A program made the position numbers and the translations under genes. DNA of 64,000 nucleotides from a virus: positions 1 through 64,000 of IMG/VR virus record IMGVR_UViG_3300042475_005534. The stretch is one strand, 5' to 3'. This document shows positions 1-10,153 of the stretch, in pieces (the stretch's first letter is position 1; each line of letters starts with the position of its first letter). Under the pieces are notes generated by a model. That model saw nothing but the letters and a program-made list of their open reading frames with translations. It made no database searches and was not told where the DNA came from.

Positions 1-2848
1 CTGGCAAGTTGGGATTTGTACCAATCGCTCCACCGTTGGTGATATTGCCGTGGGCGTGTGCCACGGGTGTACGAGAATCACTGAGTCTGCTGTCGTTACC
101 TTGACAGAAAGAATTCGCAGTGTTTCCGAAAGACCCAGCGGTGAGAACTCCTCCCGCTCCGGTGATGATCGGAACATTGGCCGTGGCGCCAACACCAAGT
201 GGCGTTGAGCCAGCTGCTGTCAACCTCCCCTGTTGATCAACCGTGAGTGTGGCAACCTGAGATGCGCTTCCGTAAGTGCCAGGCGTGACCACGGTATTCG
301 CGAGGGAGATCGTGTTTCCCGCCTTGTTGAGACCTGTCCCCGCGGCGATCTCAATGGCAGCGCTAAACAGGATAAATTCGATATCTGAAGAGCCTATTTC
401 ACTAGCACCGAACAGATTGCTGCCACTTATACAGACAAAACTATCGCCCGCATTGACCAGGCCTTCTCTAACAAATACATAAGCATTTGGGACTTCCGAC
501 CATTCATCAAAGTCCGCCGTGCGCGTCCATGCTCCTGCTGCATTGTAGTTGTAAAAGCCATTCTTAGATTTATCAGTCTGGTCTTTTACAAGAACACGGT
601 CGCCCGTAGCTAAAGTAGTGACAGTATCAACAGTCTGGGCCCCCGATAGCGTGATGTTTGCCGTGGTTGCAACCCGGACGGCGGTTTTAGGCTTCAGGCC
701 TTGAGCCAGTGCATCCGTCTCCGCCTTGGTGTAGGCATTTGTAATTCCATACCCGGACAGAGTTGTCGGCGTTGAGGTGAGCGTCGAAAAGAGCTGCGTT
801 CCCGTGTGATTCGCCCTGTTCAACAGGAACGCGTCACTGGAGTTCGCAGTGGCCCCCGTGCTGATTCCATTGAGCTTGGTCTTGTCGGCACCAGACAGAA
901 GCCCAGCGTTACCAGCTGCCTCTACAAGCGGAAGCGTCGTACTCAGGCCAGTCGAGCTAGTGATGACCCTGGAAGAAGCCGTATAGCCGAGATTGGTTGC
1001 CAACCTGGAATCGTTTCCTTCGCAAAACGTGCCCCCTGTCGTCCCAAAAGAACCAGCAGCAAGGACTCCCCCAGTCGTCGTAATAATCGGGAGATTCGCG
1101 GTGCTGCCAATAGCGCCGCCATTGGTGATATTCCCGTGGCTGTGCGATGTGGGTTCTCGAGGGCCGCTCAGCCTTGAATCATTCCCCTCACAAAACGTGC
1201 CCCCTGCTGCTCCAAAGGAGCCGGTCGTAAGGACGCCCCCTGTCGTGGTGATGATCGGGAGATTCGCAGTGCTGCCAATAGCGCCGCCATTGGTGATATT
1301 CCCGTGGCCGTGGGCAGCTGGTGGGCGGTTATTGTCCAGACGTGGATCGTCGCCCCTGACGACCTGGCCCGAGAGAGCGGTCCCCCCAGCAGCCGCGGGA
1401 ACATCCAAGGCTGCAGCTGTCCCGAGAGTGGGTCGATTGGTTAGATCAAGAAAGGAGCCGCTTGTGGCGACCGTTGCCAAGCCTGAAATCGTGGAAGCGG
1501 CCTGGCTTCCCGTGTGGTTCGCCCTATTGAGCAAGAAGGCATCACTGGAATTGGCAGTGGCCCCCGGGGTGATCCCGTCGAGTTTTGTTTTATCGCTAGA
1601 GCCGTTCCACCAGCTTGCGATGGATTGGAAGACTCGAACTGGAGACCAGGCGCGCCTTTCCGTCGACGTACCCTGGGTGGCCTCCGCTTCCGTGGCTGTT
1701 GGAGCGCTCCATTCCCTGGAGTCGCTCAGCCTGGAATCTCCCGTTGCAACAGCACCAGAAACATCTCCGACACTGAGAACAACGCTTCCCGTGCGCCCCG
1801 CTACCGACTGAACAGGCGCTGCTGCTGCTGCCCTTTGCTCCGTGAAGTATTTGTTGACACTGCCCTCAGGGACAGCGTCCGTTGATCCTGGAGAAGCCGT
1901 GAGCTGGATGTAACTCGAGCCGCTCCATCGGTACTGCTTGTTTTCATCGAGTGCGACGTAAATGACTCCTGTCGTTCCCGGGTTGGGGAAACTTGCCAAA
2001 TTGGTATATTCCCGAACGTCATCCACGAATCCCGGTAGCTGTGAGGCCGGGACCAGGCCGTTGACCAGATCAGCCTTGAAAGACAGGGCGCTTGTCAGCT
2101 CCTCTGGCTGAACCGCCGTATCAGCAAGTTCCCCTTGCTCCCAGGTGGCGTAGTCTTCCGAGTCAGTAAAGGCTGCAGAGCCAAGGTCCGGCAGATCTGA
2201 CAGGTCGTCGTAGGAGCCAGTGAGTGCAACAAGCTTGAGGTCGTCAATTTTGGCCTTGTCCTCCCCGGTGAGGAGGCCTGGATCACCCTCCGGTTCCGCC
2301 AGTGGCAGTGTGACTCCTTCGCCCGTGGAGATATCGAGCTCACCGGTGACCGGGTCGTAGGACAAATCACTGCTGCTGACCCGTTCGTCAATCGCCAGTG
2401 CCGTGGTGTACGGAGTCATCAGCACTGAATTGCTGATGCTGTTTGGAGTCGAGAGATCCCCTGCTACGGCCTCCTGATTGGTCGCCCGATCAGAAGCGTC
2501 GTATTTGGTGTTGAACAGGAACTCGGTGTCCTCCCCCAGTTGTACGACTTCTTCTTCCAGGGTGTCGACCCTGTCTAGGAGGTCGCCAAGACCCACCCGC
2601 TGGTCCAGGGCCAATGCGGTGGTGTAAGGGGTCATCAGCGTTGTATTGCTGATACTGCCTGGTGTTTCCAGGCTCCCGGCTACAGCCTCCTCTTCTGTTG
2701 CCCTGTCATCGGGCGAGTATTTGTCATCAAGTGCATCCTCCGCCTCGTCAATGCGGTAAGTCAGCAGGCGCCAGTTATCGTCAACTTCCTGAAACGAAAG
2801 AGGCTCACCCTTCTCCGATCTTGTCGTAATGCCCGGCTGATCCGGCAT
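1..2848 (-). CDS. Large tail fibre / virion structural protein (runs off window start)
   Basis: Open frame from ATG 2848 (MPDQPGITTRSEKGEPLSFQEVDDN) to position 1, missing from the ORF track because its stop is outside the window. Gly/Thr/Ala-rich, with fibre-type motifs (GLLSGADKTKLNGI, DRVLVKDQTD.S.NG.Y, repeated HGNITNGGAIG). Confidence 0.85.
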   Translation of the reverse strand, partial: MPDQPGITTRSEKGEPLSFQEVDDNWRLLTYRIDEAEDALDDKYSPDDRATEEEAVAGSLETPGSISNTTLMTPYTTALALDQRVGLGDLLDRVDTLEEEVVQLGEDTEFLFNTKYDASDRATNQEAVAGDLSTPNSISNSVLMTPYTTALAIDERVSSSDLSYDPVTGELDISTGEGVTLPLAEPEGDPGLLTGEDKAKIDDLKLVALTGSYDDLSDLPDLGSAAFTDSEDYATWEQGELADTAVQPEELTSALSFKADLVNGLVPASQLPGFVDDVREYTNLASFPNPGTTGVIYVALDENKQYRWSGSSYIQLTASPGSTDAVPEGSVNKYFTEQRAAAAAPVQSVAGRTGSVVLSVGDVSGAVATGDSRLSDSREWSAPTATEAEATQGTSTERRAWSPVRVFQSIASWWNGSSDKTKLDGITPGATANSSDAFLLNRANHTGSQAASTISGLATVATSGSFLDLTNRPTLGTAAALDVPAAAGGTALSGQVVRGDDPRLDNNRPPAAHGHGNITNGGAIGSTANLPIITTTGGVLTTGSFGAAGGTFCEGNDSRLSGPREPTSHSHGNITNGGAIGSTANLPIITTTGGVLAAGSFGTTGGTFCEGNDSRLATNLGYTASSRVITSSTGLSTTLPLVEAAGNAGLLSGADKTKLNGISTGATANSSDAFLLNRANHTGTQLFSTLTSTPTTLSGYGITNAYTKAETDALAQGLKPKTAVRVATTANITLSGAQTVDTVTTLATGDRVLVKDQTDKSKNGFYNYNAAGAWTRTADFDEWSEVPNAYVFVREGLVNAGDSFVCISGSNLFGASEIGSSDIEFILFSAAIEIAAGTGLNKAGNTISLANTVVTPGTYGSASQVATLTVDQQGRLTAAGSTPLGVGATANVPIITGAGGVLTAGSFGNTANSFCQGNDSRLSDSRTPVAHAHGNITNGGAIGTNPNLP
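1008..1308. repeat. Two ~133-bp direct repeats (168-bp period) within the tail fibre gene
   Basis: 1008-1140 and 1176-1308 both encode HGNITNGGAIGSTANLPIITTTGGVL..GSFG..GGTFCEGNDS; related copies lie at ~1-190. Confidence 0.9.
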
Positions 2849-3023
2849 GCCAACTGATTGCCCTATCTAGCAATCCTAGAGAGTTTTACCAGGCGCTCCG
2901 CCCGGGGGCGACCCAAGCGGAGATCGGTTACCGCGATGGAGAAACGACAAAAATCCACCGCCCTGGCAATTGCCCTTGCGCTACCAACAAGGGCGACCCC
3001 CTGACGCCGTTCTGCTTCGGGGG

Positions 3024-3632
3024 TCAGACAAGGGTAGCAACTCGCATGATTGAGGTGCCATGCTTTGAACCCTCCCTGAGGGCATGGGCCATCGAGCGGT
3101 GGACATGGTGTCGAATCAGCCCGCTGAATTGGGCGAACTGCCGCTTTGAGAGGCGCAGGGTTGCCGGATTACCCCCCTTGCAGATTCCAGTAACGCCACG
3201 CCCGATCAGATGACTCAGCAGGGCATCTGCATTGGGCTCACTAGAGAGAGGGATCACAGCAGTTCCCCTATCCCAGTGGCCTAGGTCCAGCCAAATACTG
3301 GCCAGGCCCCTGCCTCCTCCGATTTCGAGGACTTCTTTGGAGAGAGAGATTTCACCTTCTGGAGCGAGCAGTTCAATGGCCCTCTCGAATGCATCGTGCT
3401 GCAGGCGGGCCCTGCAGACATCGTAAAAATGCCGGCCTGGAAGCATGTCAACAGCAGCGCGCACTGGGCCCGCTCCCGCTCGCTGCAGGGATCGCACCTG
3501 GTGCAGCATGTAGGTTCGCTCTGTTTCGAGCCGCTTCAGCTCCAGCCAAGGGCGCTGCTTGACCCCCTTGCACCTCAAAGTGCCACTGCCCATGGCATAG
3601 GCGACAGCCATGGAAACCAGACGAGCGCTCAT
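3024..3632 (-). CDS. Degenerate LAGLIDADG-like protein
   Basis: AVAYAMGSG and LASIWLDLG sit at the positions of the two LAGLIDADG motifs, with the acidic residues substituted. Overlaps the upstream paralog by 4 bp. Confidence 0.55.
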   Translation of the reverse strand: MSARLVSMAVAYAMGSGTLRCKGVKQRPWLELKRLETERTYMLHQVRSLQRAGAGPVRAAVDMLPGRHFYDVCRARLQHDAFERAIELLAPEGEISLSKEVLEIGGGRGLASIWLDLGHWDRGTAVIPLSSEPNADALLSHLIGRGVTGICKGGNPATLRLSKRQFAQFSGLIRHHVHRSMAHALREGSKHGTSIMRVATLV

Positions 3633-4240
3633 TTTTCCCCCGGGAGAAACAAATGCTTCCGGCTGATCGGGGCATAGGGAAGGAGGGCCTCCTTGACGAT
3701 TTCCGCATCCTTAGGGCTGAACGACAGTTGAGGCAGTATTCGAGAGGACTGGCCCGTGACGGACGACCTGGCGCCAGTCAAAAACTCGAGCCAGCCACTG
3801 ACCAATCGAGCCTCGTCGCGCAGGGCTCCAACTCTCCTCAGGCGATGGTCCTTGTCCCCCTTTCGATACCCCTCAGCCCAAAGCCAGGCTGCTGCTCTGA
3901 GTCCAAGAATGTCCAAGAGGGGGTGCGTGATTTCCCGAAATCCATCGGGATAGAACAAGTTGTAGACCGGATCTAGCAGTGGGCTCGAGAACCGGAATCG
4001 CAGCACCGTGGTCTGATGGCCGGTCCGGCTGGGGCGCATCTGATAGGTCGAGATCTTGGCCTGGGTTGGGATGACGAGCTTGATTTCACTTGCCTTCTCC
4101 TCGAGGAATTCACGCTCGTCGGCACCACCGTGGAAGGTGGCCTTGATATGGCCCTTGACCGCTGACCTGCTTTGAGAGAGGAAGCCGTCGCCCAGGAAGA
4201 CCCCCAGCAGGCCGCGAATGTCTGGTGCGTTCAATTTCAC
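3629..4240 (-). CDS. Free-standing LAGLIDADG endonuclease-like protein
   Basis: Motif 1 LLGVFLGDG, motif 2 AAWLWAEG, and a YNLFYPDG.REIT segment typical of the family. Confidence 0.75.
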   Translation of the reverse strand: MKLNAPDIRGLLGVFLGDGFLSQSRSAVKGHIKATFHGGADEREFLEEKASEIKLVIPTQAKISTYQMRPSRTGHQTTVLRFRFSSPLLDPVYNLFYPDGFREITHPLLDILGLRAAAWLWAEGYRKGDKDHRLRRVGALRDEARLVSGWLEFLTGARSSVTGQSSRILPQLSFSPKDAEIVKEALLPYAPISRKHLFLPGEK

Positions 4241-4322
4241 CCCACGCGTCCTTTCTAGTGTAAGAAGCAGCGGGCGGAATGCTTGCTATCAACATCCTTT
4301 ATCTTTCGGAGCGTGTCATCCA

Positions 4323-4587
4323 ATGTGGATAGACAATGATTTCCCGAAAATCCTGGGCGCCGAACTTTATCGACCCCATCCTGCCTACGTGGTAGAGATG
4401 GCGGTTGATCCTGTTGTCGTTCACGATTTCGGGGCACAACCAGGTCAAACGGTCGCCCTAGACCGCTATCGCTACTGGGGAAATCCTGGCACCAAGGACT
4501 CCCGAGAGCGCACTGCTGATCAGACGCTCGGCACGGCGTCGTCTCGCAACATCGTGAAGGACAAGGTCAATGTGACCCTTAAAGAGT
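4323..4587 (+). CDS. Major capsid protein (N4-gp56-like), exon 1
   Basis: MWIDNDFPKILGAELYRPHPAY...KDKVNVTLKE. Joins exon 2 in frame (T|AT = Tyr) to give 379 aa. Confidence 0.85.
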
Positions 4588-5601
4588 TGGCTCAAGCCCT
4601 GACTGGCCTGTTCGCCCCTGAGGCGGACGTACCAGCTCTGGCTATCAGCTCCTTCGCGGCGTAATCCGCGTCGAACACGGAGTGAATTGCTGGAAGCCCT
4701 CCAACCGGTAGACTCTTACGGATGACACTGGGCCGGGTAATCAGCAGCCAAGCCAGCCAGGAATGGCTGGAAGGTTCAACGACTACCGTTGTCGACTCCC
4801 TAGGCAATCAAGTTGTGACACAAGCGTTTTTCATGGGATGTGCTCTTGGTGATGGCTGTCTGAGACGCGATAAGCGTTTCGGAACAGTTACGCTGTACAT
4901 CAGCCGCTGTCAGCGCCAGGCGCCTTACGCGCAATGGCAGCTGGCTCGGCTGAATCAAGAGCTCGGGACTGCTGCATCTCTGCGCTCGTTTATGGACAAA
5001 GGGAAATACCCCGCCGTCCGTTTCGGCGTCAGCAGCAAGCGGCACCTCGCCCCCGTGTATGACGTCTTATATCCAAATGGCGTCAAAAGATTCACCCCTC
5101 AGGCGTTCAGTGACCTCGGCCCCGAGGCGTTGGCACTTCTCTGGATGGACGATGGATCCCTGGAGGTCCGTCGCCGTCAGAGGCCTCGCTCGATCAAGGT
5201 CGAGCGCTCTGGCTGGCTGCCCGTCAGCAAGGATGAAGAGGAGGTTGATGTTGTCGCTTCTTGGATTCACGACGTCACCGGAGCCTCTGGCTCAGTTGTT
5301 CGTCACAAAGGTGGAATGCTGTATCTCCGATGGTTCGCCAAGCAGTTTCGACTACTTGTTGGAGCCATTACTGAGTACATACATCCCTGCCTTGCCTACA
5401 AAGTTGACCTCAGTCGAACGGGCACTGTTGCCCAATGGCTGAGCGAGTCCCAACACCTGCTTGCAGGAAGTGGACGATAAGGCGGCACGAGTGCTCCGCA
5501 CCCGAATCAGGTGGACCTGAAGGGTGATGATATAGTCTGAGCTGCAGCAATGGCAAAGCTGCAGAACTAGGGGATAAAGAGCCTCTAGGGTAACAACACT
5601 G
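4588..5601 (+). ncRNA. Group I intron in the major capsid gene (1014 nt)
   Basis: The 5' exon ends in U and the intron ends in G. Core elements: GAATTGCTGGAA, AATCAGCAGCC, GTTCAACGACTA (4774-4785) and GATATAGTCT (~5529-5538), with P7 pairing GACTA/TAGTC. An internal guide at 4638-4654 pairs with both exons. Confidence 0.92.
4815..5480 (+). CDS. Intron-encoded LAGLIDADG homing endonuclease
   Basis: FFMGCALGDG and LALLWMDDG motifs, located between the intron R and S elements. Start uncertain (GTG 4815; frame open from 4722). Confidence 0.88.
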   Translation: MTQAFFMGCALGDGCLRRDKRFGTVTLYISRCQRQAPYAQWQLARLNQELGTAASLRSFMDKGKYPAVRFGVSSKRHLAPVYDVLYPNGVKRFTPQAFSDLGPEALALLWMDDGSLEVRRRQRPRSIKVERSGWLPVSKDEEEVDVVASWIHDVTGASGSVVRHKGGMLYLRWFAKQFRLLVGAITEYIHPCLAYKVDLSRTGTVAQWLSESQHLLAGSGR

Positions 5602-6476
5602 ATACCGGCCCCGCCGACCCTTCACAGGCTGACCAGCCCAGCACCTTCAAGGTGGCACGGGAGACGCTGATGACTTCTCAGCGCCTGCTGCTGGATACCC
5701 GCAATATCGCGGCGTTCCACCAGTCGATCGGCTCCTTAACACTTCTTGACGATTACCGCCGTTGGCGTGATCGGGTGTTCGCTGACGAGCTCTTCAAAGC
5801 AGAAGCCAACGGAAGGGCTGATTCCACCCAGGGTGGCTACTTCTTCCCCAAGAACAAGACCAAAACCGGCACCACGGTCGCAAGCTACGGCTCCGGCCAG
5901 TCCGCCAAATTTGGGGTCAAGGACGACCTCCTGGATGTCCTCGAGGGCATGCGTCGGCGCAACGTGCCAACCTTCCCGAATGGGCACTATCGCTGCATCG
6001 CCAGTCCCACTGCGATGAAGCACCTGCGCCAAGACAGCGATTTCCGCGAAATCGCTCGTTACCCCGGCAATGGCATGGCCAATCCGATGCAACCGCATCT
6101 GGCCCCCAATGCCATCAACTACCTGGGTTCTGGCGTTGGCTACGGCCAGGCTGGCTTTGTGGCCGGTCAGCCGGTCATGCCGACTGGATTCCTTTTCGAG
6201 GGGATTCAATGGTTTGAATCGACCAACCTGCCAGACAAGAGCTACACCACCACCATCCCTGTGGCCAGCATCTCTGCTGCTGTCACGGAAGCTGCTCCAA
6301 TCCTGTTCTTCGGGATGCAGGCCGTTGGCGTGGGCATTGGCGGTGACAATGCTCAAATCCTGCTCAACAACAATGATGACTTTGGTCGATTCATCATCAT
6401 GGTGTGGAGCCTCATGGCCGGCTTTGAAGTGCTGAACAAGGACTTCATCACGGTCGCCTACAGCTTCGTTTACTGA
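5602..6476 (+). CDS. Major capsid protein, exon 2
   Basis: (Y)TGPADPSQADQPSTFKVARETL...FLFEGIQWFEST...NDDFGRFIIMVW. The C-terminal DDFGR motif is typical of N4-gp56-like capsid proteins. Confidence 0.85.
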
Positions 6477-6491
6477 TCAGAGGCTACTGAC

Positions 6492-7139
6492 ATGACCAAG
6501 AAGATTTATCCGGGCAACTACGTTTCTGCGCTGAGCGCTTACCAAAGCCAGGGCGTCGTGACCATGCCCGGTCGGACCTACATTCACAGGGTCGGCTACA
6601 TCAAGGTCGATTCCACCGCTCGTACCGAGTTTAATGTCATTGTGCCATCGCCTGACAAGCGGCCCGATGACAAGCCCCGTCCCGACATCACCGGTCTGGT
6701 GATTCCCAACGGCGCATTTGTGTACTTCCTGGGTCTACGGATCCGGGATGCACGCAAGGACGCCGGCCAGGGCACTGCCCGTTCTGGACTGGTCTGGGGT
6801 GCTGGCACGGACCGCATCAAGCTCGCTAGCGCAGTGAGCGTGAACGGGGCGGCAATTACCGCCACGACACTCTCCACCACGCCGATTGATGACACCAGCA
6901 ACACTGCCGCTCCCCAGAGCTCGGTGTTTGGTGTGATCACCCCCGTCAAGACCACAGCTCAGATGACCCTGAAGCTGTTCTATGACAACGGGAGCACGGC
7001 AGCTGGCGACGCTGCTGGGCTGACCTCCAGCGAGCCTGGTGGCAGCTTCCTCATTGCTGAGGTGGCTTACTACCTGGATGACGAGGCCAGCGACGAAAGC
7101 GCGTTTGGTGGCCTGCCTGCCATCGTCGAGACCATCTAG
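6492..7139 (+). CDS. Probable virion structural protein (head decoration-like)
   Basis: Directly follows the capsid gene with a GAGG RBS, similar codon bias, and a downstream hairpin. Confidence 0.6.
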   Translation: MTKKIYPGNYVSALSAYQSQGVVTMPGRTYIHRVGYIKVDSTARTEFNVIVPSPDKRPDDKPRPDITGLVIPNGAFVYFLGLRIRDARKDAGQGTARSGLVWGAGTDRIKLASAVSVNGAAITATTLSTTPIDDTSNTAAPQSSVFGVITPVKTTAQMTLKLFYDNGSTAAGDAAGLTSSEPGGSFLIAEVAYYLDDEASDESAFGGLPAIVETI

Positions 7140-7157
7140 GACTAACCCGTGGAATCA

Positions 7158-7190
7158 GAGCAGGGTGATCTCGGTCGCCCTGCTCCTTCC
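7158..7190 (+). terminator. Hairpin / probable terminator after the capsid operon
   Basis: GAGCAGGGTGA...TCGCCCTGCTC stem with a weak pyrimidine tail. Confidence 0.5.
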
Positions 7191-7236
7191 CCTTAGGATT
7201 ACTTAGAACAATGGCCTCTACCAAGAGAGCGCAAGC

Positions 7237-7668
7237 ATGTCTCTTTACCTCGAGCGGAAAACTGGGCAGATCGTTGAATTGATCAGCTTTCACGGCAAGG
7301 ACTGTGCCCAAGTCCAGACCCAGTCAGGAGCAGTGGTTTATCCGCTCCTGAAAGACCTGGAGGAGTACACCCCAGGCAAAGGCCGCACTGGTGGCAGCCC
7401 AGAGTCTCCCATGGCGGACAACTCCGCTGATGAGGACAAGATCCCTGAGCGGGCTATTCCTGTCGATACCCGATTGAATTTGAATCTGGCAACAGCTGAG
7501 CAGATTGCCAAGCATGTCAATGGTGTTGGCTTCTCAACAGCCAAGAAGATTGTTGAGCTGAGGATGAGCCTTCCTGGGGAGAAGTTCCAGAACCTGGAGC
7601 AACTCAAGTCCGTACCTCGAGTGGATTGGGAGCAGGTCCGCCTGGACGATTTGATCTATGTGGCCTGA
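7237..7668 (+). CDS. Helix-hairpin-helix (ComEA-like) domain protein
   Basis: RLNLNLATAEQIAKHVNGVGFSTAKKIVELR...FQNLEQLKSV. Confidence 0.75.
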   Translation: MSLYLERKTGQIVELISFHGKDCAQVQTQSGAVVYPLLKDLEEYTPGKGRTGGSPESPMADNSADEDKIPERAIPVDTRLNLNLATAEQIAKHVNGVGFSTAKKIVELRMSLPGEKFQNLEQLKSVPRVDWEQVRLDDLIYVA

Positions 7669-7705
7669 TCGCTAGACTTCACCGAGGCCAATTAGCCGCG
7701 GTGGC

Positions 7706-8191
7706 GTGGAGCTCAATCCTTACGACAAATCCCGCTGCCGGTTTCACCTGGGCTACAACCTAGGGGCGCAAATCCCGGCTGGCGATGCGGCCAGGCTAGA
7801 GGAAGCAATGGCCCGGGTTCCCGACAGCTTCTTCTATGACAAGGTTTTAGAGCATCTCAAACGATGCGACAACGCCTGGCAGCTCTCGGAAGTGCTTCGG
7901 GATGAAACCCAGCCGATGCCCAGCCGGATTGAGCGTATCACAGGCGACACGGATCGGGCCATCTTCCAATCGGATCCGTTAAAAGCGGACCAGATGTACA
8001 GGGAGATCTACCTCCGGGAAGTGGACCGATTGGCTGAAACCCTTTACGTCCCCAATTACCGGCGGGAGGACGTACATCGCTTTGCGTTTATTCGCAGCGG
8101 TGCTGAGTTCATCATGGCGGTTCCCGGTCCAGCTGATACGGCTGTCGGGACTCGCGTGGCGACCATGACCGGCGCCATCAACTGGAGGTAA
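7706..8191 (+). CDS. Hypothetical protein, possibly head completion
   Basis: 161-aa ORF in the late gene cluster; no recognised motif. Confidence 0.55.
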   Translation: MELNPYDKSRCRFHLGYNLGAQIPAGDAARLEEAMARVPDSFFYDKVLEHLKRCDNAWQLSEVLRDETQPMPSRIERITGDTDRAIFQSDPLKADQMYREIYLREVDRLAETLYVPNYRREDVHRFAFIRSGAEFIMAVPGPADTAVGTRVATMTGAINWR

Positions 8192-8194
8192 CAG

Positions 8195-9175
8195 ATGCCT
8201 GGCCAACCCGGAGCTTACGGCGGTGGCAGCACAAGGCAGCCCCGTCCCGCTGCCGCCCAGGGTGGTAATCGCTGGTGGAGTCCAAATCCAACGCAACCAG
8301 GCGGCCGGTTCGGTCCTAGGCGGATGCCAGGACTGCCTCCTTCAGCCAAGGTCATTGCAGATTACCCCCAGGGCGTTCCCACCGGCAGCGTCGGCGGCGG
8401 AAACGCCGGGGGCTCGAGACTGGCTTCAGCGCTTCCTCCTCCAACCCGGCAGGTCTCTGCTCGTATTCCCGCTTTTCAGGCTCCCCCACCCCGGACGCCT
8501 GGAATAAGCAATGTGGCCAGGCCCGTGACTGGCCCCTCTGGAAGAGAACGGGCCTACAACGCCATGGTCCAACAGGCGGGATTAACGCCAGAGCAGGCTG
8601 ATGCCGCACAGGCAAGAGGAAAGGCCGCACTGGAATACCGGAAAGGAGGAGCCCTTGATGGAAGACTGGATCCTTCCCAGCAGGAATACTGGGATCAGGC
8701 GGATATCAAGTCCTGGGCTGGCGCCAACAGGAAACTTGCAGACAAGCTCAAGGCCAAGCATGGCTACATGGAGCCAGCTTCGATCGAGGGCATTACTGGT
8801 TCGATCTCCAGACAGCTGCCAAATTTCTCTGGCACGGCAGAACAGGCCTATGCGTCAACTGAAAGCAATCCGTTCTTGCCAGAGGTGAATCTGGGCAGCA
8901 AGTTCAACATCCCCGAAGTCCAGCCCCGTCCCGATGCGTTTCAAGACACCGTAAGCAACATCCCAGCGTGGGAGCCTGACCCGGTGCAGGCCAATCGTGC
9001 GTTTTCCCCAGAGCAAGAGGCCATCTCCCCTTACGGCAAGGCGGGGGATCTTCTGGGTGAGCACCTCAACAGAATTCGCAAGGGGCGGCAAGATGCGCCA
9101 GCCGCGCCCTCTCCCCAGTCCGACGAGGAACTGCTGAGGGGAGTCAATCCTTGGAACCTTAATTGGAGGAAATGA
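8195..9175 (+). CDS. Hypothetical Pro/Gly-rich protein
   Basis: 326-aa ORF tightly packed in the operon. Confidence 0.55.
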   Translation: MPGQPGAYGGGSTRQPRPAAAQGGNRWWSPNPTQPGGRFGPRRMPGLPPSAKVIADYPQGVPTGSVGGGNAGGSRLASALPPPTRQVSARIPAFQAPPPRTPGISNVARPVTGPSGRERAYNAMVQQAGLTPEQADAAQARGKAALEYRKGGALDGRLDPSQQEYWDQADIKSWAGANRKLADKLKAKHGYMEPASIEGITGSISRQLPNFSGTAEQAYASTESNPFLPEVNLGSKFNIPEVQPRPDAFQDTVSNIPAWEPDPVQANRAFSPEQEAISPYGKAGDLLGEHLNRIRKGRQDAPAAPSPQSDEELLRGVNPWNLNWRK

Positions 9176-9591
9176 TGAAGAACGCTCCATCACTGGCAGC
9201 TCTTTTCAGCGGGCATCCGACAGCGCCGGGTGATCCAAGGAATCAGCTCAACAACACGATGAATACCGCAGGATTGCGGCCAATGGAGATCGAGTACCGA
9301 ACGCCATATAACGACAACATCGTTCGATACCCCATCGCAGGGGTGCAACTTGTCGATGCACTGGCGACCCCTCCCCGCAGTCAGTTTCCGTTGACTCCAC
9401 AACAGGAGCAAGCCGCTGACTTTTTGAAAGGCACCACAACACTCCCCATGGGAGAGACAGAGCGCCGTGGACCAGGGAACCGCCTGGCTGGTGCCGACAA
9501 CGGCATCAACCCGGACATGTTCACCGGGCCGACCCGTGGGCCGAGGGGAATGAACACTGCTTTGAGGCGCGGGCCGCAATTGCGTGCCTGA
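9172..9591 (+). CDS. Hypothetical protein
   Basis: GGAGG RBS and ATGA overlap with the previous gene. Confidence 0.55.
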   Translation: MMKNAPSLAALFSGHPTAPGDPRNQLNNTMNTAGLRPMEIEYRTPYNDNIVRYPIAGVQLVDALATPPRSQFPLTPQQEQAADFLKGTTTLPMGETERRGPGNRLAGADNGINPDMFTGPTRGPRGMNTALRRGPQLRA

Positions 9592-9631
9592 CTTTGCTTA
9601 GCATGACCAGGTCAGCAACTTGTAAGAAAAA

Positions 9632-10153
9632 GTGAGCAGTTCAAGCACCAACAAGCAGCCCCTGCTGGTTGATCGACCTCTTCACGAGTTTGCGACTCTT
9701 GGGGCAACGCCAGCCCTGTCGTCGCAGGCCAACCTAGCCAGCATCCTTGGTGGTGGCTGCACCATGCTGGTGGACTGCCTTGGCAACGATGGTGCTGTCA
9801 TTGACAGTCTCTCCCTTGTTGCCACAGAGGCCAATACCACGGCTGCTGTTGTCCTTTTCTTCCTGAGCTCCTCGCCAACACCGTTTGGGATCACAATAGA
9901 GAACACGGCTGTTGTGGCCTCCGCTGCGATTGTCTCAGGTGCTGCGGGACAAAGAACGAACGTCTCCCTGCCTCCTTTGTCTGTACCGGTTCCAAATCTT
10001 GGGGCTGACACGTCCACATCAGAGACGGCCAAGAAGAACACTGGGCTCCTGATCAAAGCCAATCAGCTGCTGTATGTGGGACTGGATCGGGCCATTACTG
10101 CCCCCAATCCCCTTACAAAAGTTAACATTTTTGCCCAAGGCGGGTACTACTAA
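9632..10153 (+). CDS. Probable structural protein
   Basis: 173 aa, MSSSSTNKQPLLVDRPL...AQGGYY, rich in small residues. Confidence 0.55.
   Translation: MSSSSTNKQPLLVDRPLHEFATLGATPALSSQANLASILGGGCTMLVDCLGNDGAVIDSLSLVATEANTTAAVVLFFLSSSPTPFGITIENTAVVASAAIVSGAAGQRTNVSLPPLSVPVPNLGADTSTSETAKKNTGLLIKANQLLYVGLDRAITAPNPLTKVNIFAQGGYY

Noticed and set aside
993-1811. 272-aa plus-strand ORF with repeats
   Set aside because: Antisense shadow of the minus-strand tail fibre gene.
4588-4664. Capsid ORF ending at 4664 and a separate gene starting at 5652, as in the ORF track
   Set aside because: Explained by the group I intron; the two parts join in frame.
7237-7668. PsbU photosynthesis gene
   Set aside because: Only the generic HhH fold is shared; no signal peptide, and it lies in the structural cluster.
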